The position numbers and the translations under genes were made by a program. A model generated the notes under the pieces. That model had not been told where the DNA came from. It did no database searches and was given only the letters and a program-made list of their open reading frames with translations. Below are positions 52,965-64,000 of a stretch of 64,000 nucleotides of DNA, in pieces. The DNA lies in NCBI GenBank assembly GCA_965153285.1, contig OZ229116.1. One strand, 5' to 3'. This DNA comes from Podarcis tiliguerta (taxonomy: Eukaryota). The stretch's first letter is position 1, and each line of letters opens with the position of its first letter.

Positions 52965-53138
52965 GGGGAAGGGCTACAACTCAGTGGTACAGCATCTGGT
53001 TTGCATGAAGGTGGTCTAAGGTTTAATTGGCTGCATCTCCAGTTAGGAATGAAAATATCCCCCATCAGAAACCCTGGAGATCTGCTGCTTTATCAGTGCA
53101 GTGGTCTGATTTGAAATAAGGCAGCTTCTAGTTTTTCT
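52965..53138 (+). mobile_element. Squam3-like SINE, degenerate
   Basis: ggggaagggc..ctcagtggta...gaaaccctggaga...taaggcagcttct. Confidence 0.65.
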
Positions 53139-56100
53139 ATTAATGACCACAACTTCCAATCTTTCAGTCACCTTTTTCATACCAAGCATAATTTATGCAT
53201 AGTTATGCTCAGGCTAAAGGGGCAGGGAGCGTTACATAAATACGTCCTAGTTTGGTGATAGTGGAAATGAAACCCTAACAATACATACTATACTGCAAAG
53301 CCATGATACTGGATTCCAATAAAGACTGTAGGGAGTTGATTGCTCTTTTGGACAGAAAATTACAACATGGGAACTGAAACAACGACTGAACTACCATCAG
53401 TATAATGATAATGACACATTTCCATTTTCTGAACACAAAGTGGTAGGTGACAGTCTTGAACTGGCATATGGCACCAGGGAAGAATTGGTGGGGGGTGAAC
53501 AACTTGATACTTCATCCAGATAAGATGGAAATGCTGTTAAAGGCTCCATTAATTTGAAGATGAGTATCCAATCTCTTCTGGATGAAGATGCTTTTTCTTC
53601 CAAGGTATGTACAGATGGATATGCTCCTGGATTCAGCCTGCACTTTTTAACCAGCTTTGGCTTGTTTGCTTGCCTGAGCCACAGGAATTGATCCTGGCCT
53701 CTGTATTCAATCCATAACAAATCTAAAGGATGCTTACTAAAGAATAATTAATTTGTGCTTCGTGTAATTTTAATATTTGTATGCTTTGTGTTTACACCTC
53801 TTGCCAGCTACTTTAGATGTTGTTTGCTATAGAAAAGTGAAGTAATAATAATCAAGAACTACAAAGGCTTTGAAACCCAAAGGCCATCACTCATCACCCC
53901 AACCCCCCGGTTTTTTATGAATAGCAGGAGAGATAAAAGGGTAAGGATCTCAAGTTTGAATTATTCAACTTTACTGGCATCAGAAAAGGAAAAGCAGCAG
54001 TAGGATTTTGTCTTCACTCATGAATTTCAAAGATAACGAAAAGGCTTTTTGAGTTTCTCAAAAAAATAAAAATACCAGGATAGATGATATGCTGTTATGA
54101 GTGTTGCTGCCACAAGTGATAAATTGTAAAGATCATTAATATTGGGTAGCAGTAGGTTTCTACTGAAAAATACCATTGCTGTGAGGTAGGAACCTTCATA
54201 GTACAAGCTCCTATGTGATCTGGAACCCTGCGCAATCGGTTCCTCCTCTTGTATTATTGTTAGCAGTGAGCAGAATGTCAGAATAAAGCTGTTGAATTCC
54301 TATGTTTGTGTCACCAACCTCAAGGAAGCTTCCTAACTGGACCAAAACCTTGGGCTTAGTCCCTTTATCTGCTTTCTGTGGGCAAGCCTTCTCCTACAAT
54401 TCATGTAACTGGTGACAGCCCCCACCTCACCATGTCCTCAAAAAATGGATTCACTCAGTTGAGTCAGAGGCTCTCTCAAAGTTTGGTGAGAAAAGCTCAG
54501 AGATGTCAAAACCCTTCTGGCATTTTCTGTGGGCCAGATCAGGAACTTTTAAACACCGCTGATATGGATGATACATGCAGAAACTCTCACAATTTTCCTG
54601 CACATTGCTTAGCTGATCAATAAAGGCCCTGATTGATCAGAAGTGCAATTTTTGACATGAAAATTGAAGCTGTCAGAAATTTGGCCCAGCTCTTAATAAT
54701 CAAAACACAGTAATGTGCACAAAGAGAATATGGATGGGGGTATGTGATAGGTTCCAAACCAAATTTATTCTTCTGGTCAAGTAAATACCTTGGGAAAATA
54801 ATCTGCAATGTTCTTTGACAAGGCCTGGGGTATATTTTGGCAGTTGGGGGGGGCAAAATCAATGGAAAGGCACCCACTGACTTCAGTGAAGTATAGATCA
54901 GGCTTGTGGTAATCATGATAATGTAAAAGCTGATAGTATGTCAGTGGCCTGTCAAAGCAAATTACTTGCTTCAGGTGAATGAGCAAAGTAGGATTTTATA
55001 AGGCTAGAGAAAATATTACAAGGACTGAGGCTGATTCTAATGGTTTCTGTCTGGAAGGCAACTGACATTTCTCTTATTCTGACACTGTTGCCAGCTGGAT
55101 ATGTTGATTAAGATATCTGTGTGTGGTTTCTTCTGTTCTGAAAATATAAATCCGAAGCCATAACTATGTTAATAGTTTTGTTAGAGCAGTTTCCTATCTG
55201 ATGGATTCTATCAGAGGAAACGGTGTTGAAAGAGATTTTAGAGGAGAGTAGCACCATGGAAGAAGAAAAACAAACTGTGCTTTGTTTTTCATGACTCTCA
55301 TAGAGAAAGTACAATCTTGACATTTGACCAATGTGGATTGTGATTTTTCTATTAACATCTAGATAATAAAACAATCACCCTGATCCAGAGAAAACAATCT
55401 GCAAGTAGAAACCTATTTCACTCCATAACATTTGTTGTGAGCGGGAGCAGGAAACAGAAGCTGGCAGAGGCACCTTTTTTTTTTGAATTCATTATAGGTT
55501 ATCAGCACTGTCAGAGCTCTTACTATGGAGGGGGAAACATCAGGAACACAACCAAAACCCCATTCTCTGCTTCTGGCTCCCTCAATCAGGGCCATGGAAT
55601 GAAGGGCTATGATTCAAAAGCATATTGTCTGCATGCTAAAAGCTTCAGTCCCTTTTCTCATGTGTTTAAGAAATTTGTAGCAATGGGCAAGTTTGCACAG
55701 ATTACATTTATAATTAGGCTTGTCAAAATGAGTTTCTCCCCTTCCTCCTTGAGACTGGAAAATTGGCTGAGTTTATTCTGAACCAGTTAAAAGCAAGAAT
55801 GAACTCTGTCATTCTCCCAATGGCATCAATGTGAGTGCATTGCTTAATGCTGCTCTCATAAGCACCTAAATCCCCTTGCCTGGTGGCAGAACTTTCTGCT
55901 CTTGTGGTAACAGTATGAAGGGTTTATATTTCCCCAAGCTCCTGGTATCAGGATTGCTGCTGTGGGAAGGAGGGTGAGGCAAGGAAAGATGTCTCCACAC
56001 ATTCTCTGCCACCAGAGCAGCAGCACCTGCTACCAGGTAAGAGAGATTAGGTAAAGAAGAAGTTCATCTATGAACTGAAATAGAAAAAAACTAAACTAAA

Positions 56101-56397
56101 CTGGAAAAGAATTCCAGAGATGCAATGATTCTCTTCAAATGGAATGCCATACTGAATGCCAAACTTCATGTGAACTTTGGCCATATCTCTAGAAGTTTGT
56201 CCCTTTTTAGAGCTTTTGAATTGTGTGCTTTATGATGTTCATGGAGAAGGGGGAGAGAAAAGGAAAGGAGATGGAACAAGTAGAAGAGCAGGGGCTGTAG
56301 AAAAGGATCAAGTCATGTATTCCATCTCAAGAACATTCTACAGAAATAAGTCCTGCAGAAACTATTTTAAAAAGCATATTGAGAATGTGATAGGATA

Positions 56398-56748
56398 AAA
56401 TTATTATTTATTAAATTTCTATACTACCCTTCAGCTGAGGATCACAGGGTGCTTTACCATATAAAAACAAAAGAATGCATACCATAGTAACAAATAAAAA
56501 CAATACCCCCAAGTTTTAAATGCCATAGATTGTTAAATTAGCCTAAAATCTGGGAGAAGAGGGATGTTTTTGCCTGGCACTTAAAGATATGTAACGAATG
56601 GGGCAGGCAAGCCTCCCTGGGGAGAGCATTCCACAAGCGGGGATCCACTGCAGAGAAGGCCCGTTCTCATGTTGCCACCCTCAGGACCTCTCATGGAGAG
56701 CCTCAGATTATGATCACAGGGTCCAGGTTGGTTCATATGGGGGGAGGC
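56398..56748 (-). mobile_element. L2-like LINE 3' end
   Basis: Tail and stem-loop, then ggggagagcattccacaagcgggg...gagaaggccc (reverse complement of an RAFS...LWN remnant). Confidence 0.75.
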
Positions 56749-56855
56749 AAATACAGCATAGGGCAGACTTCAAACAATGGCTCAACTCTCAATTGAAAAG
56801 ATAATTCTTGGTAATGAATCATTAACAGAGTGTAAACATCTTCTCATGGTCTTAC

Positions 56856-56948
56856 CTTTGTTGCAGCGTCAAAGCATACGAAACCCATGCCAAAGTCTAT
56901 GGTAAGCCCCATAAGATGACTCTCCAGAACACAGGCATATGTCTTGCA
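56856..56948 (-). CDS. SNTG1: gamma-1-syntrophin, antepenultimate coding exon (start of syntrophin-unique/SU region)
   Basis: 93 bp, phase 0/0, ttag|...|gtaag. Translates CKTYACVLESHLMGLTIDFGMGFVCFDAATK, near-identical to the recalled human SNTG1 CKTYACVLESHLMGLTIDFSTGFICFDAATK. Confidence 0.96.
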
Positions 56949-57348
56949 CTAAGAAAGATTGAAAAACGCAGCATGTTAGATAGCGCTTCAGTTGAGTACA
57001 TGTATTTTGAAAAATTATAGCTAAGGGGAAATACCTGTTTAGTTACTAATTAGCCCTGGCAAGAACAAAAGACATCTTTGCAAATAACACAAACCCTTAG
57101 CCATTCAATCAACTGGCTATTTGCATTCCATGAAAGAGAGCTTCTACCTCTACCTACATGGAGAACACATAGGGGCTGAGTGTGCAGTGGCGGAATAGCA
57201 GGCAGAAGCGGCAGAAACAGGCAGGGGGTTGTAGGGGTGGCGGCGGCAGCAGTGCAATGCAACACTTCCCATTTTTCCTCAAGTGGTGAAGCAGGATGTG
57301 CCACCCCTGACTATCTGGCTACAATTTAGCACAGTAGGTAAGTAAATA

Positions 57349-57580
57349 CAGTGGTACTTTATGAACAACTTGAATTAAGAACACTGCGAACCTGGAAGGA
57401 AGTGTTTTGATTTGTAAACTTTGCCTTGGAATAAGAACATGTTTCACTTCCTTGCTGAGTGTGTTCCATTTGTAAATTGAGTCCCCCACTGCTATGGGAA
57501 AGCACGCCTTGGTTTAAGAACACTTTGGTTTAAGAATGGACTTCCGGAACAGATGAAGTTCATAAACCGAGGTATCACTG
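57349..57580. mobile_element. Tc1/mariner (Tigger-like) MITE
   Basis: TA|CAGTGGTAC...GTATCACTG|TA. Confidence 0.8.
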
Positions 57581-58734
57581 TATTGGAATTCAACTGTCTT
57601 TGCCTATTCCTCAATGTAAATGAAGTAATTGAGAGTGAAATGCATCACCTCCTAATTTCTGATCACACATGGAATACATCTGCTTGCATATGACTGGGGA
57701 CACATGCACCTTTGGTAAATAAAGAGAGGCACTTTTGTCTGCAGCTTTTATGTCCCATTACTTTAATGCAAGATAAACATATTTCATTGGAAGTGGGTAT
57801 GCAAACAAAATATATATAATGACTAGGTATTTGCCGTTGATGCAATGGCTCATGAAAGAAGACAAGGAATAAGAAGACTCTTAGGTTCCTAGAATTGTCC
57901 TAGTGGGGTTCTTGTGGACTTTGATCTAACCACTTGATGGACCTACATTTATCTATTTTTATGATTTGTATTATAGTTGACACCACCCCAATTCATTTTT
58001 AAATAATTTATGTCAGGAAATGTGTTGATAAGGGCAAATGACCAAATTTCCATTGCCAGCAAATTGCTAATACAGCACTTCTAACATAGAAGGAAATCGG
58101 AAGAACTCCCTTTATTTTTAGTTTCGTATCTCTCCAACCCCCCCCCCCCCCAATACAGTGTGACATTTTGGTTTGCGTTGATAAAATGAAACTGTTCAAC
58201 ACTGAGTTTCAGTTAACAACAAATTACATTCTTCCACTGAGCTCCTTGTTTGATAGTTGGCTTCTGGTTCCTAATGCCAAGCTAGTACTTCTCAGCACAA
58301 ATTAGGCATTTTTCTGATCAGAACATCATTGTCAAGATGTGAAGTGCACAGCAGAGCTTGAAAAGGCCAAGCTACTCATCACAGAAGTGCTTATGAAAGA
58401 TGCTACCTTTTCACATTAAAGTCAGAGACAAATCTCTTGAAATCCTTCTGAGACCGATGAAAACCCTAGTTTAGAGCTGGAAGAACAATGACTTAAGGAC
58501 TTTTTATACAAAATAAATGTTTAAACAGAAACTGCCAAGCAGAAATAATCTGATTGCTAATTAGGTTGTCCATTGCAAAGTGATTCCTATCAATTTAAAT
58601 TCAGATTTCTGTTTTCTGCCAACAGTAGCTCCCCCCCCCCAATTTCTCAAATCATATAATTCATAACTAACATGATTTCAATAAACAAACAAATAACATC
58701 AAAACCTAAAGTGGCTCACCTGTAAATGCAGTCA

Positions 58735-59280
58735 CAGATATGGAAAAGCACCTGCACAACCTACTGGTGGAACTTTCTAGAAAGCTCTGGAAGACTGGGT
58801 ATGCTGGATCCCTTCCTTTACACCCCTGCATAGTATCAATTACTGCATGGCCTTTGGGAGAAATGTCCATGGTGGCAACAATTTGTTTCCTGAGCACTTT
58901 CTGCAAGACTTCTGCAAAAAACTTTCACATTTTAATGATGTCAGCCTCTTTGAGGCATGTGAGGCAGTGACTGCGAAGATCAAGAACTTTACTCACACAG
59001 TTGCTACACTTTTTGAAGATAGCCCTACTCAGCATCAGGGCAAAATTCAAGGAGGAAAAATAAAGAGTGGAGAGGGGGAGCATAGAGCGAGAGATGTCTC
59101 TTTGTGCCACTGCTTTTTGCACAAATGAAGAAGGGAGCCTGAAGGGCTGACTCTAGATTCTTAGCCCATACAGAGATCACAAATGAGTTCACAGGGATGA
59201 GAGGGGCAAATCCAATGCTGTCAGTCTTCCAAAGCTTCCTAGAAGGTCCCTGTGAACAGGCCAGGCACATTCCCATATTT
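58735..59280. mobile_element. old DNA-transposon remnant with ~100-bp inverted arms
   Basis: ttctagaaagctctggaagactg (~58775-58797) mirrored by cagtcttccaaagcttcctagaa (~59222-59244). Confidence 0.55.
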
Positions 59281-60185
59281 GGAACAGAACAGAACGCACC
59301 AAGAATAACCAGTTAGTTGGGACACTGAGATGGGTATTCATTGCACTACTTATATGCTATACTTCCACATCTTTAAAAGTGATCATTTTGTAAACATATG
59401 CAGGTTGCAAAGTATGTGTCAGGTGTCTAATTCCCTTATCAAACCAAAAGGGTTACTAGAGCTCTTTGAAACGGCAGTGTTTTGAAACAAGTGCTATTCA
59501 ATATGCACCACCTTTGTGTGGTCTTTTGAGATAAGGGACAGCTTTTTCAAGCAATTCTAGGCAGCCCATGTTTAGATGTTGGCAAAGGCATAAAAATAAG
59601 ACAAACTAAAGTGTGATATCTTCAGATGCTAAAGGAATTGTCCCATCCCAAATAGATGGCTGAAAAAAGGGGGAAAGGTAGGATTGAATGGAAGAAGAGC
59701 CACAGAAATTTGGCCCGTAGCCAGCTGAGGAGACAAGCTTTCGTGATTCTGCATTTGTCTCCAGGGCTGTTGACTTTAGATTATGACTTTATTATCTCCC
59801 ACGACAACCACAAAAATTTGGTGGGAAGCAAAGAAAGTCAGGGGGGAGGGGGAGATGGAATGAGAAGAGCAAGAGTCCATTTTAGAAAAGCTCTGCTAGA
59901 AAATGGATAGTATGAATCATTTTCTCAGCTGCCATTGCCACAGCAGTCCTCAAAAAGTACCATTTATAATTCAAACCACTGAGACATATTTTCTATACAG
60001 CATGATAAAAATTGGATATAGCTCAGATGTTGGAGCCAAGTGTTCCACAGGTGAATATGGCATGGCTCAACAAAGTATAAATACTGGCCTGGATCTGAAG
60101 AATTGATCCATGGGATTTCATTATCTCCTGCCACAACAGGCACTTGTTCCTCCCCTCAAAAGGTAAGGCCCAGGCAGGCACAATA

Positions 60186-60976
60186 TGTGACCCATCAGAG
60201 CAGCAAAATAGCCAGACCGTAGAACAGTGATGGAATAAAATCTTTATTGACAGCAAAAGGCAGGGTAAGGGATTATGAAATCATTCCATGATGGAATGGG
60301 TCTCCTGGGTTTGGACCACCCCAAACCCATTTCATGGGAGTCAGCCAGTGCTGAACTTTGTGTAGTGCAAGCCAAGCAAGCAAGGTCTCACTGGGTGACC
60401 AGGGTGCAGATTCCAACCAGGCACCTCAACCCAAGCTTGGAGGTACCATGGTCAATTGTCCCCTCGGGCCCTTTATGGGCTCTCCCATCCTATGTGGATC
60501 CTGCCCAATGCCATTTCTGCCCTCAACAAACAATGTTGTTCCGCCTAACAAAGGAAGACCATAATTTCACTGGGGGAAAGGTGGGAGGGAAGTGCCAATC
60601 AGGTTGAGTGAAAAAAATTATTTCCCGCCCTGTCAACGAGCTACTCAAAATTGCTCAGTGAAGGTTCTAACCAGAGGGTGGGCGGGCGCCAAGTGGAAGG
60701 CTTTCCTCTCCCCTTTGTAAGACTGCATTTTGCTGCAGTCTATGGGCCCAACGCTGCTGGGCAAAGGCACCCCATGCTTACTGGGTGTGGAACGAGGCTT
60801 CCTGAGCTGAAACAGTATGTGAGGGACGGCTGCTAGGAATCATTGTTCCCCCCACCCCCAATATGTAGACGCACCTTTCATATTCATGTGCAGGGAACTT
60901 TGATTCCAAGCCTCTGAATACAATCCAGAGAAACTGAAGCCTGCCATTGGAATCAAACGTAGCATACACGGTTACA
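60186..60976 (-). mobile_element. solo LTR (distant relative of LTR B), sense to SNTG1
   Basis: TGTGACCC...CGGTTACA termini (TSD degraded), minus-strand CGCCCACCC motif, AATAAAG near 60248-60242. Confidence 0.6.
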
Positions 60977-61691
60977 CATTTGTGTATATGTGAATTGCAC
61001 TCAACTAAAACAACAACAACAACAACAGCATTCCTGCATCCAGTTAATTATTATTAGTCCTATCAAAGTTCAAAAATTTAGAGCAGAGTACATAGATGCT
61101 GTCTCTTTTTTTGTAAGATTTCCGGAAAATGTTTATTGTAAGAGAAATAAAATTAAATACTGGGCTTAAAATGATTAGCAAAAACTAGTACATAAAACAT
61201 CCAGTAAAAGTAATAGGAGAAAATAAATGATTTTTGATTTTGTGAGTGAAACAAATCATTCCACAGAGAAAAATAAAAAACAAAGTAATCAATGGAAAGC
61301 CTCATAAGCAGCCATATTTGTGACTCAACTGCTTGTTAAAGCTCACCAACTTCATGTAAGTTTTATTAATATTTAGTATATTATGTAGTAATAAATGTTA
61401 TGGGCATAAATGTTTAATTTTATTAACTTGCAAAAAAAAACCCACAATTGCTTCCTTTTGTCATATCTTTCAGTTATAAAAATGATTAAAACACAGAGAT
61501 CATTGGGCTGGAAACAGAGCCTCATAATTCTTTTTAGTCCCTCAGACACCTTACTTAGGGTTTGGATGCTCACTGTTACACACATTCATAAATGTATCCC
61601 TATCTCAAATTTCTGGGCAAAGTAACTTCTTTATGTAAAGGACTGCAGTGGCGCCTTGTGTTGAAGAAGTGATGTGGGTTACTTTAAAACA

Positions 61692-61828
61692 CAGGTGTGA
61701 TGAACCTGTGGCCCTCTGGATGACGTTGAACTACAACTCTCATAATCCCTGACCATCGGCCATGCTGGCTGGGGCTGATGGGAGCTGCCATTTTCAACAC
61801 GTGGCAAGCCAGAGGTTCCCCACGTCTG
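61692..61828. mobile_element. palindromic hAT MITE, degenerate
   Basis: gaacctgtggccctc..actacaactc...gatgggag..gaggttcccc. Confidence 0.7.
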
Positions 61829-62778
61829 CTTTAACCTGTGTGGCAGGTAAGCATGAGGAAGTAACTTTAGACTGAAGGAAAGTTCTGTTCTAAACGCACC
61901 GGCCATCCACCTTAGTGTTCTAATTTAGCAGTTCAATACCTCTGCAAGTGCTAGATTTGCTCCATCAATCACTTCACCTAAGGATCAGTCTTCCCCTCCC
62001 CACTCCCCCAGCTACAAAGCTATGAGTAACAAGCACAACTCCTAGCAGGAAATATTGAAAGGTGAAAGATTATAACGGGCTTTGAGCAGCTGTCACAAAT
62101 TGGTAAAGAGATATTAATGTGCACCACAGGTTAGAGTGGTAAAGGGTCAGTCTCTAGCCTCTCACTCTCTGGCTCCTAATCAGAGGTTTTATTTCACCTG
62201 TAGCTTTTCAGCTTACTTTAATTAATCCCCTTTGCTGTGAACTTGGAGAGAATAAATTGAAGAATGCTGCCAAGAGAGCACACAATGTCAAAGTTCGTAC
62301 AGATCTAATATAAACCGTTAAAACATTACACCTGCCATAAAAAGAGTGAATTATTTGCTTTTGATTATTGATTTCACACGCTGAAAAAGATGAAAAAACC
62401 CCTATTCGGAATGAAAGTTTCCCATATAAGAGGCAACTCAATATTTAATCTACCATGTGCAAAAAGTACAGAATCTTAAAACTGGGTCTGTGAATAATTC
62501 AGTTGCCCTAATTCAGGAGCAGAAACCGAAGCATTATGTTCCTCAGGTCCCAAAACCTGAAGTATACTATAGCTTAGTAGGAGATGTTTAAAGTGGGAGA
62601 GAATTCAATGGAGGAAAAAGCTCATCCAAGCCCATTTCTAAAGTGGAAAAGGTTCGGAGACTCTTGGCGATTAAGTTCATGCCAGAATTCCAGTTTTCAA
62701 AAATCAGTGTTGGAACAAAATCATAAATGCAAGTTCGAATTATTACAAAGTTCATAAAGGTACAAATCAGGATAAACT

Positions 62779-62903
62779 AGTCATGCTGGCCACATGACCC
62801 AGAAGCTGTACGCCAGCTCCCTCGGCCAATAAAGTGAGACGAGCGCCGCAACCCCAGAGTCGGCCATGACTGGACCTAATGGTCAGGGGTCCCCTTAACC
62901 TTA
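62779..62903 (+). mobile_element. Sauria SINE 3' half
   Basis: tagtcatgctggccacatgaccc...gactggacctaatggtcaggggtccc. Confidence 0.9.
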
Positions 62904-63656
62904 ATAGTTGTACACTATGACTGTTGTTTAAACAAAGCTGTAGTGCATATCCCACTGATATCCCACTGATCTGAGTGAGATGAACTATCTGCAAATCCAT
63001 TATACAACATGTAGAACACACCACTGCATACATTTCCTAACAAGATGCATTTTCTTTTGTAAAGGTTGCCCCATTATATTACAGAGAAGCATTCCCTGCC
63101 CTCAAGACGCTAGGTGATTTCCCCAGGTTTCTATGTGAAAAGAAGGAGCTTTGGCTATTCTGTATATGTAAAAACTCAAAATAGTAACCAGGTTCTGTGC
63201 CTCTGCCAACTGAATCAATCTGATTGATCTGCCAAACAGTGACTGCATATCAACTTGAAACACATTGTAATTAATTGAAAATGGGCTAAGAAGTTTACAG
63301 GGTTAGAGGGGAGGGGAGTCATTCATCAATCAGTATTGCAAAATCGTAATGCTTGCATTAAAAGTGCATTATTTGTGATCCGTGACACTATTTGTGATCC
63401 TGGATAAGTTGGGGAGAGGGGAGAAAGCTGGCTTACTACAAGAGGAATGGATGTAAACTATACCCATTAATATAAGAGATACCCAACCAAACATCCTGTG
63501 TATTTCAAAAGGATGAAGTATAATAAAATAATAGATGTTCTATTCTTATAAATATTTACGTAACAACATAGTGACTCCCAAGTTCTTCTGCCACCCTGAA
63601 ATCATCTGCACTTATAGAATCATAGACTTGTAGGGTTGGAAGGTATTCATCTAGTC

Positions 63657-63792
63657 CAGGCATGGCAAAACTTGGCCCTCCAGTTGTTTTGGGACTACAG
63701 TTCCCATCATCCCTGACCACTGGTCTTGTTAGCTAGGGATGATGGGAGTTGTAGTCCCAAAACAGCTGGAGGGCCAAGTTTGGCCATGCCTG
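63657..63792. mobile_element. palindromic hAT MITE inserted in a CR1 3' tail (63614-63825, minus)
   Basis: Near-perfect fold-back, TSD atctagtc/atctagct. Flanks read atagaatcataga..gttggaagg..atctagtc|caacc. Confidence 0.88.
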
Positions 63793-64000
63793 ATCTAGCT
63801 CAACCTCTGCAATACAAGAATCTTTCCCACAGTTGTCCCTGAGTGAACTCAAACCAACAACATTCTGGTTGACTTGATGTTATCAAGTCCTGGTCTCTCC
63901 TTTACCATACCATAAAATTCCAATTTCTCGTTGTCTTCTTGAATAAATTCTACCATGAGATCAGAACCGCTATCCTGATAGTGACTAGCCCAAGGCCATG

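Noticed and set aside
57000-64000. Next upstream SNTG1 exon (DSDLLDRRKQCF...ERIQ)
   Set aside because: Not found by eye on the minus strand. It presumably lies beyond the window.
1-64000. Remaining 60-120 aa ORFs in the ORF track
   Set aside because: No recognisable domains, and many start at non-ATG codons. This is expected background in vertebrate non-coding DNA.

Overview
Vertebrate genomic DNA of about 40% GC, almost certainly from a squamate and probably a lacertid lizard, judged by Sauria SINEs, Squam3-like SINEs, Bov-B, CR1, L2 and lizard-type MITEs. The only protein-coding gene I can recognise is gamma-1-syntrophin (SNTG1) on the minus strand. Its last three coding exons are 56948-56856, 47582-47472 and 40130-39936, followed by a 3' UTR with several candidate poly(A) signals. 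Upstream exons lie beyond the window end. The rest is intronic or intergenic DNA with many transposon insertions: a five-level nested stack at 200-2660, five solo LTRs and a young CpG-rich composite Tc1/mariner-type element. Best leads: (1) an ENE-like U-rich internal-loop hairpin, a candidate poly(A) triple-helix RNA stabiliser, in a lizard LTR family; (2) an overlapping alternative reading frame in the last SNTG1 exon, reachable through a phase-compatible AG, whose start resembles the SU-domain end; (3) candidate antisense exons, an enhancer-like TGACA cluster and a TATA/K50-homeodomain promoter downstream of SNTG1. Repeat family names and the comparison with human SNTG1 come from memory, not from database searches.
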